Positions 36,949-47,304 are shown, counted from the first letter of the stretch. The stretch: 64,000 bases of DNA from an uncultured Candidatus Entotheonella sp. (GCA_965215335.1 CBDCDA010000002.1:1056001-1120000), one strand, 5' to 3'. Program-made: numbers and translations. The notes: generated from the sequence alone by a model not told the origin.

Positions 36949-39300
36949 ATGCCGAAAACCGGTGCCTTCGACAGGGCGGTACAAACTTATGGCTGGGGGG
37001 TGATCCATTGGCGCTGGCCCATCTTGCTGGTCGTTGCGCTGCTGGTGGCCGCCGCTGCCAGCGGCGGCCGCTTCCTGTGGTTCGACACCGATTATCGCGT
37101 TTTCTTCAGCGAGGACAACCCGCAGCTCAAATCCTTCGACGAACTGCAAAACGTCTATGGCAAAAACGACAACGTCCTGTTCGTCCTGGCGCCCGCCGGT
37201 GGCGAGGTTTTCACCGCCCCGGTGCTCACGGCCGTGGAACACCTGACGGAGAAGGCGTGGCAAATCCCCTTTGCCATCCGTGTCGATTCGGTCACCAACT
37301 TCCAGCACACCCGCGCCGAGGGCGATGACCTGTTCGTGGCCAACCTGGTGTCCAACGCCGCGACGCAGCCGCCCGAGGTGTTGCAGGCGGCCAGGAAGGT
37401 CGCCCTGAACGAGCCCCTGCTGGTCAATCGCCTCATTTCGCCGTCCGCACACGTGACCGGCGTCAACGTCACGCTGCACTTTGCCGAAAAAAGTATCACC
37501 GAGGTGCCGGAGGTGAGCGCCCACGCCCGGCGGCTGGCCGATGAAATCCGCGCCGCGTATCCCGACATCGACGTCTACCTCACCGGCCTCTCCATGCTCA
37601 ACAACGCCTTCTCCGAAGCGGGCCTCAAGGACATGCAGACGCTGGTGCCGCTCATGTACCTGGCCATGTTCGTGATCATGTTCGGGTTGCTGCGCTCGCT
37701 GAGCAGCACCTTTGGCACCCTGCTCATCGTTGGGTTTTCGGCCGCCTCGGCGATGGGCCTGGCGGGCTGGATGGGCACGGGCCTGACACCCCCTTCGGCG
37801 CAGGCCGCCACCATGATCATGACACTGGCGGTGGCCGACAGCATTCACTTGCTGGTCACCCTGCTACAAGAAATGCGTCAGGGCCGGAGCAAGCGCGAGG
37901 CCATTGTCGAGAGCTTGCGGGTCAACATGCAGCCGGTTTTTCTGACCAGCCTGACCACCGCCATCGGCTTTCTCAGCATGAACTTCAGCGACGCGCCACC
38001 GTTTCGCCATCTGGGCAACATCACGGCCGTCGGCGTGGGCATCGCCTTCGTCCTGTCGGTGCTGTTCCTGCCCGCGGTGATGAGCGTGCTGCCGGTGCGC
38101 GTCAAGCAGCGCGCCAGCAGCGGCGGAAGGCTCAGCGTCGAATGGCTTGCCGAAGCCGTCGTCAGTCGCCGTCGGCTGCTGTTGTACGGCTCCATACCCG
38201 TATTGCTGGGGCTGGCCCTGTGCATCCCCCTCAACGATCTCAACGACCGCTTCGTCAACTACTTCGACGAGCGCGTTCCCTTCCGCACGCACACCGATTT
38301 CGCCATGCAGAACCTCGGCGGCATGTACCAGAGCGAGCATTCCGTCGGCAGCGACTCGGCCAACGGCATCAGCGATCCGGCCTACATGGTCGAACTTGAA
38401 GCGTTCGCCAACTGGTACCGCACGCAGCCCGAGGTGACGCACGTCAGTGTCATCAGCGACACGATGAAGCGCCTCAACAAGAGCATGCACGGCGACGACC
38501 AGGAATGGTATCGCCTGCCCGACAACCGCCAGCTCGCCGCCCAATACCTTCTGCTGTACGAGTTGTCCCTGCCCTACGGGCTGGATCTGAACAACCAGAT
38601 CAACCTCGACAAATCGGCGACGCGCCTGACCGCCACGCTTGCCGACGTCTCGTCGCGGGAAATCCGCGACCTGGCAGTGCGGGCCGAGGACTGGCTGCGC
38701 GCCAACGCCCCGCAAGCGATGTTCGGGCACGCGGCGAGCGGCGCCATCATGTTTTCGCACATTTCCAAGCGCAACATCGACAGCATGCTGGGCGGTACGA
38801 CGTTGGCTCTGGTGCTGATCTCCGGGGTGCTCATCGTGGCGTTGCGCAGCCTCAAGATCGGCGTCATCAGCCTGCTCCCCAACCTTGCGCCGGCGGTGCT
38901 GGCGTTCGGCGTCTGGGGCATCTTCGTGGGGCAGGTGAATCTGGGCCTGTCGATCGTCGTCACCATGACCCTGGGCATCGTGGTGGACGACACCGTGCAC
39001 TTCCTGAGCAAATACCTGCGCGCCCGCCGCGAACAGGGCCTGAACGCCGAGGACGCCGTGCGCTACGCCTTCTCTTCGGTAGGCCGGGCGCTGATCGTCA
39101 CTTCGATCATCCTGGTGGTCGGATTTTCGATTCTGTCGCTGTCGTCATTCGACATGAACGGCAGCATGGGCAGAATGACGGCCATGACCATCGCCTTTGC
39201 CCTGATCGCCGATCTGACGGCCCTGCCGGCCCTGCTCATGACCGTCGATACCAAAAGCCGCTCGCAATTGGCTACCGTGGAGGAGACGTCCAATGTCTGA
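36949..39300 (+). CDS. MMPL/RND family transporter
   Basis: Two membrane halves; AVADSIH, LTSLTTAIGF, GIVVDDTVHF. Confidence 0.9.
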   Translation: MPKTGAFDRAVQTYGWGVIHWRWPILLVVALLVAAAASGGRFLWFDTDYRVFFSEDNPQLKSFDELQNVYGKNDNVLFVLAPAGGEVFTAPVLTAVEHLTEKAWQIPFAIRVDSVTNFQHTRAEGDDLFVANLVSNAATQPPEVLQAARKVALNEPLLVNRLISPSAHVTGVNVTLHFAEKSITEVPEVSAHARRLADEIRAAYPDIDVYLTGLSMLNNAFSEAGLKDMQTLVPLMYLAMFVIMFGLLRSLSSTFGTLLIVGFSAASAMGLAGWMGTGLTPPSAQAATMIMTLAVADSIHLLVTLLQEMRQGRSKREAIVESLRVNMQPVFLTSLTTAIGFLSMNFSDAPPFRHLGNITAVGVGIAFVLSVLFLPAVMSVLPVRVKQRASSGGRLSVEWLAEAVVSRRRLLLYGSIPVLLGLALCIPLNDLNDRFVNYFDERVPFRTHTDFAMQNLGGMYQSEHSVGSDSANGISDPAYMVELEAFANWYRTQPEVTHVSVISDTMKRLNKSMHGDDQEWYRLPDNRQLAAQYLLLYELSLPYGLDLNNQINLDKSATRLTATLADVSSREIRDLAVRAEDWLRANAPQAMFGHAASGAIMFSHISKRNIDSMLGGTTLALVLISGVLIVALRSLKIGVISLLPNLAPAVLAFGVWGIFVGQVNLGLSIVVTMTLGIVVDDTVHFLSKYLRARREQGLNAEDAVRYAFSSVGRALIVTSIILVVGFSILSLSSFDMNGSMGRMTAMTIAFALIADLTALPALLMTVDTKSRSQLATVEETSNV

Positions 39301-40138
39301 ACACAGCGCCAACCCAACGCAACCCACCAACCGGCGCCGGGAGGGGCGCCTGCTGCCCTGGGCGTGCCTGCTGCTCATCGCCCTCCTGCCGCTGACCGCC
39401 GCACCACAGAGCCCGGCGGAGCAAAAGGGCCTGGCAATCGCCCAGGAGGCTGACCGGCGAGACCTCGGTTTCGGCGATTCAGCGGCCGTGTTGCAGATGG
39501 TCCTGAAAAACGCTCACGGGCAAACAAGCACCCGCAAGTTGCGCATGAACACCCTGGAGGTGCCTGACGAAGGCGACGGTGACAAGATCCTGAGCGTCAT
39601 CGAGAGTCCGCCCGACGTGCACGGCACGGCCCTGCTCACCTACACCCACGTCAACGAACAGGATGACCAGTGGCTGTACCTGCCGGCGCTCAAGCGCGTC
39701 AAGCGCATCTCCTCGGCCAACAAGTCCGGGCCGTTCCTCGGCAGCGAATTCGCCTACGAAGACCTGGCGTCGCAGGAGGTGGCCAAATACACGCATCGTT
39801 ATCTGCGCGATGAGCCCTGCGGCGAACTGCAGTGCTTCGTGGTGGAACGGGTGCCGGTGTACAGGCATTCCGGCTACACCCGGCAGCTCACCTGGATCGA
39901 CCACGCCGAGTACCGCTTCTGGAAGGTTGATTTCTACGACCGCAAGAATGACCTTCTGAAGACCCTGACGTTTTCCGACTACCGACAATACCTCGACCAG
40001 TATTGGCGCGCCCTGATTCTGGACATGCACAACCACCAGACCGGCAAGAGCACCCGGCTCAGCTACACCGACCTGCGTTTCCGCGTCGGGCTGACCGAGA
40101 CGGACTTCACGCGCAATGCCCTGAGACGAGCACGATGA
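39293..40138 (+). CDS. Outer membrane lipoprotein-sorting (LolA-like) protein
   Basis: DDQWLYLPALKRVKRI, GSEFAYED, LLKTL motifs. Confidence 0.85.
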   Translation: MSEHSANPTQPTNRRREGRLLPWACLLLIALLPLTAAPQSPAEQKGLAIAQEADRRDLGFGDSAAVLQMVLKNAHGQTSTRKLRMNTLEVPDEGDGDKILSVIESPPDVHGTALLTYTHVNEQDDQWLYLPALKRVKRISSANKSGPFLGSEFAYEDLASQEVAKYTHRYLRDEPCGELQCFVVERVPVYRHSGYTRQLTWIDHAEYRFWKVDFYDRKNDLLKTLTFSDYRQYLDQYWRALILDMHNHQTGKSTRLSYTDLRFRVGLTETDFTRNALRRAR

Positions 40139-41346
40139 CCCCCGTGCGTCGACGGTGGCTTGCCGCCGCCTGGCTGGTTCTGGTCATGACCGCGGTGGTA
40201 GCGGCGCAGCCGTCCTTGTCGGGTTTCGTGGCGCTGGATGTCCAGGGCTTTTCAGATCCGCCGACCTTTCCGCAACAAGAATCGCGTCAGGTGCTGCCTT
40301 CCCTCCTGCTCCAACCCGAGTTTCACTACGACTGGCCGAACGGCAACGGCCGTCTGACCGTGGTGCCAATGGCGCGCCTGGACTTCAGCGACGACCGGCG
40401 GCGGCACGTCGACCTGCGCGAATTCAACTGGCTGCACGCCGCCCCGACCTGGGACGTGCTGGTTGGCGTCGGCAAGGTGTTCTGGGGCGTGACCGAATCG
40501 CGGCATCTGGTGGACGTGATCAATCAGACAGACCTCGTGGAGAACCTGGACGGCGAGGACAAGCTGGGGCAACCCATGCTGCGGCTGGCTCTGGCGCGGG
40601 ACTGGGGCACGCTGACGTTCCTTGCCTTGCCCTATTTCCGAGAGCGTACCTTCCCCGGTGAAAAAGGACGGCTGCGCGCGGGTCTGGTGGTGGATACGGA
40701 CACCGCGCAGTTCGAGTCTTCACTGAAGGAATGGCATCCCGATGTCGCGGCGCGCTGGACCCACACGCTGGGCGACTGGGACGTCGCCGTCGGGTATTTC
40801 AGAGGCACCAGCCGGGAGCCCCGTCTGACCTTGGACATCGGCGACGCCGGCCAACCCCGCATGATTCCCGTCTATGACCAGATTGACCAGGCCGGCCTCG
40901 AGCTGCAATGGACGGTCGAAGCATGGCTCTGGAAGCTCGAAGCCATCACCCGCTGGGGCCACGGCGAACGCTTCGGCGCCGTCGTCGCCGGCTTCGAGTA
41001 CACCTTCTTCAGCCTGCTCGGTACGGCACTCGATCTCGGCTTGGTAGGCGAATACCTCTACGACGGCCGCAGCGCCGCAGCCCCCGGCACGCCGTTCGAG
41101 AACGACGTGTTTGGCGGCGCCCGCCTGGCCTTCAACGACGTCGGGAGTACCAGCATTCTCGCCGGCGCCATCATCGACGACCAAAGCAGCGCGACGCTCG
41201 TCACCATCGAGGCCAGCCACCGCCTCGTAGATCGCTGGACCATCGAGCTGGAAGCCGTGGCCTTCCTCAATGTCCCGCCAACGGACCTGCTGCACAGCGT
41301 GCGTAAGGACGACTACGTGCAGCTTCGGCTGTCGCGGTTCTTTTAG
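40135..41346 (+). CDS. Putative outer membrane beta-barrel protein
   Basis: Signal peptide, WGVTES.HLVDVINQ, C-terminal Phe; operonic with MMPL/LolA-like genes. Confidence 0.7.
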   Translation: MTPVRRRWLAAAWLVLVMTAVVAAQPSLSGFVALDVQGFSDPPTFPQQESRQVLPSLLLQPEFHYDWPNGNGRLTVVPMARLDFSDDRRRHVDLREFNWLHAAPTWDVLVGVGKVFWGVTESRHLVDVINQTDLVENLDGEDKLGQPMLRLALARDWGTLTFLALPYFRERTFPGEKGRLRAGLVVDTDTAQFESSLKEWHPDVAARWTHTLGDWDVAVGYFRGTSREPRLTLDIGDAGQPRMIPVYDQIDQAGLELQWTVEAWLWKLEAITRWGHGERFGAVVAGFEYTFFSLLGTALDLGLVGEYLYDGRSAAAPGTPFENDVFGGARLAFNDVGSTSILAGAIIDDQSSATLVTIEASHRLVDRWTIELEAVAFLNVPPTDLLHSVRKDDYVQLRLSRFF

Positions 41347-41424
41347 GGCAATTTGGGCATCCCACGACAACTCCCATTGTTCTGACCTCCCAGGAGCTTA
41401 CGATGCCCCTGTCGTCCTGACTTG

Positions 41425-41684
41425 CCGGTCAATATGCTGCACGAATCGTCTCTTCGAGCCTGTTGGACTTCACTTCGGAGATTGTAAGATCCCGGATGTC
41501 GTGGTGCCTCACGTGAAGTTGTCCTTCGCCCACATTGCCACGATGCCGGCCTCTGGAAATAGTGAGGGTTCGTTTCAACTTGGTGCGCAGACAGAACCCA
41601 GTACCGGATCACGTCACGCCACACTGCAACCCACACAAACACGTCGCAGCAACTGGTGGGCTTCACTTGCTGAAAATTCATCAC
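41425..41684 (-). pseudogene. Frameshifted fragment of a foreign gene (possibly nuclease/restriction-related)
   Basis: Lower GC; MNFQQVKP..CCDVFVWVAVWRD.IRYWVL continues after a frameshift as HRGNVGEGQLHV; family assignment tentative. Confidence 0.35.
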
Positions 41685-41714
41685 ACGGAACCACGGGGCT
41701 AAACCGGACCTCCG

Positions 41715-43202
41715 CTACCCCAGCCGGCGCTTCAACTGGCGATAGTACATCTTCAGCACCTCGATTCGTGCCCACGGCTTGTTGTTGGCTGACACCAGGT
41801 GCCAGGGGGCGTACTCGGTGCTGGTGCGTTGCACCATCTCGTGCAGGGCCAGTTCGTAGTCTCGCCATTTCTTGCGGTTTCGGTAATCCTCCTTGGTCAT
41901 CTTGAACTTCTTGTATGGCGTATCCAGACGGGCCTGAAAACGACGCATCTGCTCGTCCGCGTCGATGTGCAGCCAGAACTTCATCAGCAGGATGCCGTGC
42001 TCACTCAGTTGTTCTTCGAAGGTATTGATCTCGCTGTAGGCACGCCGCCATTCCGGCTCGCTGGCGAAGCTCTCGATGCGCTCGACCAGGACCCGGCCAT
42101 ACCAACTGCGGTCGAAGATGAGCACCCGGCCGGCACGCGGCAGATGGCGCCAGAAACGCCACAAGTAATGGTGCGCCTTTTCCTCCTCGGTGGGCGCGGC
42201 GATGGGCACGATCTGAAAATTTACCGGGTCCATGGCGGCAATCAGGCGCCGGATCACCCCGCCCTTGCCGGCGGCGTCCCAGCCCTCGAACACCAGAACG
42301 CTGGTGAGACCGACCTCGCGCGCCTGGCGCGTCAGGCGGTTCAGTTGCGCCTGATACGTCCGCAGTTGCGCACGGTATTGAGCCTTCGGCAGCTTCTTGC
42401 CGAGATCGACCGTATCGAGGATGGTCGGATCGTCTTCAGTAATCGTATTGACGACCTGCCCATTACCGGACGGCGACAGCGCGGCCGGCGGCTGCGTCAG
42501 CCGCCGGGTCAGGCTTTCCAGGATGGTGCGGGTAATGTACAAATTGCGGTAATGCGGGTCGGTGCTTTCCACGACGTGCCAGGGCGCCTCGCCGGTGCTC
42601 GTTTCGCGCACCACCTGCTCGGCGATAGGCAGCACCTTGTCGTAGCGGCTGTAGATCTCCCAGTCCTCGGTATCCACCTGCCAGCCCCGCTCAGGGTGTT
42701 TCCTGGCCTGCTTCAGGCGCTTTTTGAGCTCATTTTTGGGCAGGTGCAGCCAGAACTTCAGCAGCAGGGCGCCGTCGTTGACCAGATGTTCCTCGAAGCG
42801 CCGGATGTGATCAATCTGCTGCTGCACCTGCACCGGGTCGAGGGTGCTGTCGAAACGCTCCCGGATCAGGGCCCCCACCCAGGCACCGAGAAAAATGCCG
42901 ATGCGGCCGCGGGGTGGCAGCCGGCGCCAGTAGCGCCAGAAACGCGGGCGTTCGAGTTCCTCTTCGGTCGGCGGCCCCAGCGCGTTGGTCTGCATGAAGC
43001 GTGCGTCCATGACCTCGTGCAGCTTGCGCAGAATATCGTTGCACCCCGCCCGGTCGTTGCCGGCAATAATGATGATGACCGGAAAATCCGCCCGGCGCAG
43101 ATCGTACTGCGCGTTGACCAGATCAACCCGCATCTGGGGAACGAGGGTCTCGTATTCGGCTTTCCGTACCTTGTGCCCTACCTCGGCAGCTTCAAACACC
43201 AC
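41715..43202 (-). CDS. ppk2: Polyphosphate:AMP phosphotransferase (two-domain PPK2)
   Basis: EGWDAAGKGG, FDRSWYGRVLVER, KFWLHI; duplicated PPK2 domain. Confidence 0.92.
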   Translation of the reverse strand: MVFEAAEVGHKVRKAEYETLVPQMRVDLVNAQYDLRRADFPVIIIIAGNDRAGCNDILRKLHEVMDARFMQTNALGPPTEEELERPRFWRYWRRLPPRGRIGIFLGAWVGALIRERFDSTLDPVQVQQQIDHIRRFEEHLVNDGALLLKFWLHLPKNELKKRLKQARKHPERGWQVDTEDWEIYSRYDKVLPIAEQVVRETSTGEAPWHVVESTDPHYRNLYITRTILESLTRRLTQPPAALSPSGNGQVVNTITEDDPTILDTVDLGKKLPKAQYRAQLRTYQAQLNRLTRQAREVGLTSVLVFEGWDAAGKGGVIRRLIAAMDPVNFQIVPIAAPTEEEKAHHYLWRFWRHLPRAGRVLIFDRSWYGRVLVERIESFASEPEWRRAYSEINTFEEQLSEHGILLMKFWLHIDADEQMRRFQARLDTPYKKFKMTKEDYRNRKKWRDYELALHEMVQRTSTEYAPWHLVSANNKPWARIEVLKMYYRQLKRRLG

Positions 43203-43244
43203 GATTCTCCTTGTTTCACATCGGGTTACGCATACGTGGAGGCG

Positions 43245-43387
43245 TCAGAGGACGTAGAGAGGACGGTGGCAAGTTCTCCGGCTTGGGTAAAGCTGGCCGG
43301 ATGTCGGTTCATGATGCGAAGGATCGCTCGGTCTCAGAGGCCGCGCAATTCTGCTGAGAGCTGCCTGATGACTTATGGAACAGACTC
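43245..43387 (+). mobile_element. 3' end remnant of an IS5-family element (transposase C-terminus plus TIR)
   Basis: DVERTVASSPAWVKLAGCRFMMRRIAR then TIR GACTTATGGAACAGACTC flanked by TAA. Confidence 0.65.
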
Positions 43388-43567
43388 TAAAGTCGAGCCA
43401 AGACCGATGAGGGCCGGATCGGGACCCATTTCCGCCGATTTTTCAATGACTTGTGATCCACATGGAACCGTGGCGCAGACCGTATGGCCGAGGCTTTGCA
43501 GGCGCTCTTCAACGTCTTCGGCGACAGGCTTCTCATCTTCGACAAGCAGTATCTTTGCGTGGGTCAC
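43388..43567 (-). pseudogene. Receiver-domain fragment truncated by the IS5 end
   Basis: KILLVEDE...LQSLGHTV...PD.ALI runs into the IS TIR. Confidence 0.65.
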
Positions 43568-43618
43568 GGTGTTGGCTTCTTTTTTTGACGGAATCCGGAT
43601 TCCCGAGGTTTTCGTTTG

Positions 43619-44518
43619 ATGGTATCACGTTCCGCACACGCACTCGAAGATTTGTCCGTCCTGCTTGCCTTTGCCCACCCGGACGACGAAGGCTTTGCCA
43701 CGGGCGGTCTTCTGGCGCTTCTGGCGAGCCGGGGTGCGCGGCTCACCCTGGTCTGCGCCACCAACGGCGACGTCGGCGAGATCAGCGATCCGACCCTCGC
43801 CACCCCGGAGACGCTCGGCCGGGTACGTCAGGCGGAATTGTGGCAGGCGATGGCCGTGACCGGCGTGCACGACCTGCGGTTCCTGAACTACCGCGATTCC
43901 GGCATGGCCGGCACGGACGACAACCAACACGCCAATGCCCTCATGCAGGCGCCGACGGATGAGGTGGTCGGCCGGTTGGTGGGCGTGATGCGCGAAACCC
44001 GCCCGCGGATCGTGATCACCCACGACCCGACCGGCGGCTATGGTCACCCGGACCACGTCGCCATGTCCGGGCACGTCACCGCTGCCTTTCGACTGGCTGC
44101 CGACGCGGGCGCCTACCCGGAGCAGCTCGCCCGGAGCCCCCAGCGGTGGCGTCCGAGACTGCTTTACTACGTCTGCTTTCCGCGCAGCTTCTTCCGCCGC
44201 ATGTGGCAATACCTGCGCGAGGCGGGCATCCGTCCGCCGTTTGCCAGCGAGGAGGTCGAAACCCTCGGCACCCCGGACGACGCGGTGACGACGGTCGTCG
44301 ATGTCGAGCCCTATCTGGCCACCAAAATCGCCTCGCTGAACTGCCATCGCACGCAAATCGATTCCCAGGGACCCTTCCATAAATTGCCCGCCCACAGGCT
44401 GCATGATATGATGCGCAACGAGTATTTCACGCTGGCTCTGCCGAACGACGCAGGGGCTGACGCTGACCTGCTGGGCAGGCTGGCGCCTGCCACAGCCCGC
44501 CAACCGGGGCTGCCCTGA
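43619..44518 (+). CDS. PIG-L family deacetylase (MshB/Mca/BshB-like)
   Basis: AHPDDE, DSGM, GGYGHPDH, HRTQ. Confidence 0.9.
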   Translation: MVSRSAHALEDLSVLLAFAHPDDEGFATGGLLALLASRGARLTLVCATNGDVGEISDPTLATPETLGRVRQAELWQAMAVTGVHDLRFLNYRDSGMAGTDDNQHANALMQAPTDEVVGRLVGVMRETRPRIVITHDPTGGYGHPDHVAMSGHVTAAFRLAADAGAYPEQLARSPQRWRPRLLYYVCFPRSFFRRMWQYLREAGIRPPFASEEVETLGTPDDAVTTVVDVEPYLATKIASLNCHRTQIDSQGPFHKLPAHRLHDMMRNEYFTLALPNDAGADADLLGRLAPATARQPGLP

Positions 44519-44604
44519 CGCTGTTCGCATCGGCTGGTTTACTGCTGCGATACGTTCTTCCCTTCTGGCCCACGAATTCAGCGAAAATCCTGGAGCGCGG
44601 TACC

Positions 44605-45408
44605 ATGGCACAAGCCGAGTTGACCCTGAAGCAGCACGGGTTCGGGCAAACAAGACGCCGGGACCTGTGGTGGCTGCAGCCGCTGGCGGTCTTTACAGGA
44701 CTGTCTATCTTTGTGATCTATTCCACCTGGGCGGCCTTTCAAGGCCAGCATTACGCCTTCGGGCCGTATCTGTCGCCCATGTACTCGCCGGAGATTTTCG
44801 GCGAGTCCTCGCATAGCTGGTTCGGCCCCAAGCCGTCCTGGTGGCCCGCGGTGCTGCCGTGGTCGCCGGCTTTTCTGATCCTGTGGGCGCCCCTCGGCTT
44901 TCGTCTCACCTGCTATTACTATCGCGGCGCCTATTACAAGGCGTTCTGGGCCGATCCGCCGGCCTGTGCCGTGGCCGAGCCCCGCCACCGCTACCTGGGC
45001 GAAAACTCCTTTCCGCTGATTCTGCAGAACACCCATCGCTATTTTCTCTACGTCGCGCTGCTCTTCCCGATTTTCCTCGCCTACGATGTCTGGAACGCCC
45101 TGTGGTTCACGGATGAAGCAACGGGGGCCGCGTCCTTCGGCCTCGGCCTCGGCACGCTGGTGCTGGCGATCAACGTGGTGCTGCTGAGCGGTTACGCGCT
45201 GGGTTGTCATTCGCTGCGCCACCTGATCGGCGGCATTCGGGATCGCCTGTCGGCCTCCCCGGCGCGGCTGAAGGCTTACAACTGCGTGAGTTGCCTGAAT
45301 CGCAAGCACATGCTGTGGGCCTGGACGAGTCTGGTTTGGGTCGGATTTTCGGACCTTTACGTGCGCCTGTGTGCCATGGGGATATGGACTGACTTAAGGA
45401 TTTTGTAA
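44605..45408 (+). CDS. Succinate dehydrogenase membrane anchor (mycobacterial Rv0249c/SdhF-like)
   Basis: FRLTCYYYRGAYY, GCHSLRH motifs; first gene of the sdh operon. Confidence 0.8.
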   Translation: MAQAELTLKQHGFGQTRRRDLWWLQPLAVFTGLSIFVIYSTWAAFQGQHYAFGPYLSPMYSPEIFGESSHSWFGPKPSWWPAVLPWSPAFLILWAPLGFRLTCYYYRGAYYKAFWADPPACAVAEPRHRYLGENSFPLILQNTHRYFLYVALLFPIFLAYDVWNALWFTDEATGAASFGLGLGTLVLAINVVLLSGYALGCHSLRHLIGGIRDRLSASPARLKAYNCVSCLNRKHMLWAWTSLVWVGFSDLYVRLCAMGIWTDLRIL

Positions 45409-47234
45409 TGCTCAACTACGAAACGCACGAGTACGACGTGTTGGTCATCGGCGCCGGCGGCGCCGGCCTGCGGGCGGCCATCGAGGCTTCGGCCACCCGG
45501 CTGTCCGTCGGTCTGGTTTGCAAATCGCTGCTCGGCAAGGCCCACACGGTGATGGCCGAGGGCGGCATCGCCGCGGCCCTGGCGAACGTGGACCAGCGCG
45601 ACGACTGGAAGGTGCATTTCACCGACACCATGCGCGGCGGCCAGTACGTGAACAACTGGCGCATGGCCGAGCTGCACGCCAAGGAGGCGCCGGCGTGCGT
45701 GCGCGAGCTGGAGGCGTGGGGCGCGTTGTTCGACCGCACGCCGGACGGGCGCATCCTGCAGCGCAACTTCGGCGGGCACAAATACCCCCGGCTGGCGCAC
45801 GTCGGCGACCGCACCGGGCTGGAAATGATCCGCACACTGCAGGACCACGGCGTTCATCAGGGCATCGAGGTGCACATGGAGTGCACGGTCGTCACCCTGC
45901 TGAAGGACGACGGGCGGGTGGTCGGCGCCTTTGGCTACGACCGCGAGCGCGGACGCTTCCGGGTGTTCCGCGCCAAGGCGGTGGTCCTGGGCACCGGCGG
46001 CGTGGGCCGTGCCTACAAGATCACCAGCAACAGTTGGGAATACACCGGCGACGGGCATTCGCTGGCCTACCACGCCGGGGCGGACCTGATGGACATGGAG
46101 TTCGTGCAGTTTCATCCCACCGGCATGGTGTGGCCGCCGAGCGTGCGCGGCATCCTGGTTACCGAGGGCGTGCGCGGCGAGGGCGGCGTACTGCGCAACC
46201 GCGAAGGCCGGCGCTTCATGTTCGACGACATCCCGGAACTGTACCGCAACCAGACGTCGGACAACGAGGAAGAGGGCTGGCGCTATACCCAGGGCGACCC
46301 CGACGCCCGGCGCCCACCGGAGTTGCTGACGCGCGATCACGTGGCGCGCTGCATCGTGCGCGAGATCAAGGAAGGGCGCGGCAGCCCGCACGACGGCGTG
46401 TTCCTCGACATTGCCTGGATCAAGGAAAGGCTGCCGACCGCCGAGGAGCACATCCGGCGCAAGCTGCCGAGCATGTACCACCAGTTCAGGCAACTGGCCG
46501 GCATCGACATCACCAAGGAGGCGATGGAGGTAGGGCCGACGACGCACTACATCATGGGCGGCATCCGGGTGGATGCGGACACCCAGATGTCGAACGTCCC
46601 CGGCCTGTTCGCTGCCGGGGAATGCGCCGCCGGACTGCACGGCGCCAATCGGCTGGGTGGCAACTCGCTGTCCGATCTGCTGGTGTTCGGCAAGCGGGCC
46701 GGCAGGTACGCGGCTGAGTTCGCGGCCGAGAACGGCGCCGGCGCTATCGACGCGGCGCGGGTTGAAGCGACCGCCACCTGGGCTTTGGGCTATTTCGAGT
46801 CGAACGGCAGCGCTGCGTCTGAGGCGGAGAATCCTTATCGCGTGCAGGCGGGCCTGCAGGACATGATGCAGGATCTGGTCGGCATCGTGCGCACTGAAAG
46901 CGACCTGCGGAAGGGCGTCGAGGCGCTGCGGGAGCTGGCCGAACGTGCCGAGCGGGTCAGCGTGCAGGGCAACCGTGAATACAACGCCGGCTGGCATACG
47001 GCGATGGACCTGCGCCACCTGCTGACCGTATCGGAGGCGATTGCCCTAGCGGCGTTGGAGCGCAAGGAAAGCCGGGGGGCGCATTTCCGGGAGGATTATC
47101 CCGACAAGGACGACAACGAGGCGCGCGACAGCATTATCGTTCGCAAGGGCCCGGACGGCGAGATGCAGGTGACGCGAGAAGCTCTGCCCGCGACCCGTGC
47201 CGACCTGCAAACCGTTATCGAGGAGATGATGTAG
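45408..47234 (+). CDS. sdhA: Succinate dehydrogenase/fumarate reductase flavoprotein subunit
   Basis: IGAGGAG, AHTVMAEGG, QFHPT, HYIMGG, HGANRLGGNSL, ESRGAH. Confidence 0.95.
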   Translation: MLNYETHEYDVLVIGAGGAGLRAAIEASATRLSVGLVCKSLLGKAHTVMAEGGIAAALANVDQRDDWKVHFTDTMRGGQYVNNWRMAELHAKEAPACVRELEAWGALFDRTPDGRILQRNFGGHKYPRLAHVGDRTGLEMIRTLQDHGVHQGIEVHMECTVVTLLKDDGRVVGAFGYDRERGRFRVFRAKAVVLGTGGVGRAYKITSNSWEYTGDGHSLAYHAGADLMDMEFVQFHPTGMVWPPSVRGILVTEGVRGEGGVLRNREGRRFMFDDIPELYRNQTSDNEEEGWRYTQGDPDARRPPELLTRDHVARCIVREIKEGRGSPHDGVFLDIAWIKERLPTAEEHIRRKLPSMYHQFRQLAGIDITKEAMEVGPTTHYIMGGIRVDADTQMSNVPGLFAAGECAAGLHGANRLGGNSLSDLLVFGKRAGRYAAEFAAENGAGAIDAARVEATATWALGYFESNGSAASEAENPYRVQAGLQDMMQDLVGIVRTESDLRKGVEALRELAERAERVSVQGNREYNAGWHTAMDLRHLLTVSEAIALAALERKESRGAHFREDYPDKDDNEARDSIIVRKGPDGEMQVTREALPATRADLQTVIEEMM

Positions 47235-47303
47235 ATTTCAAACCCCTTGAAAATCAATCCTTTAGATTACCCTGGATGCGTACTGTCCGCCTCATTGTCC
47301 GTG
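47217..47303. promoter_or_regulatory. attL: core, IHF consensus site and arm-type sites
   Basis: Core 47217-47228; AATCAATCCTTTA (WATCAANNNNTTR) 47252-47264; TGTCCGC/TTGTCCGTG pair 47284-47303. Confidence 0.75.
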
Positions 47304-47304
47304 T

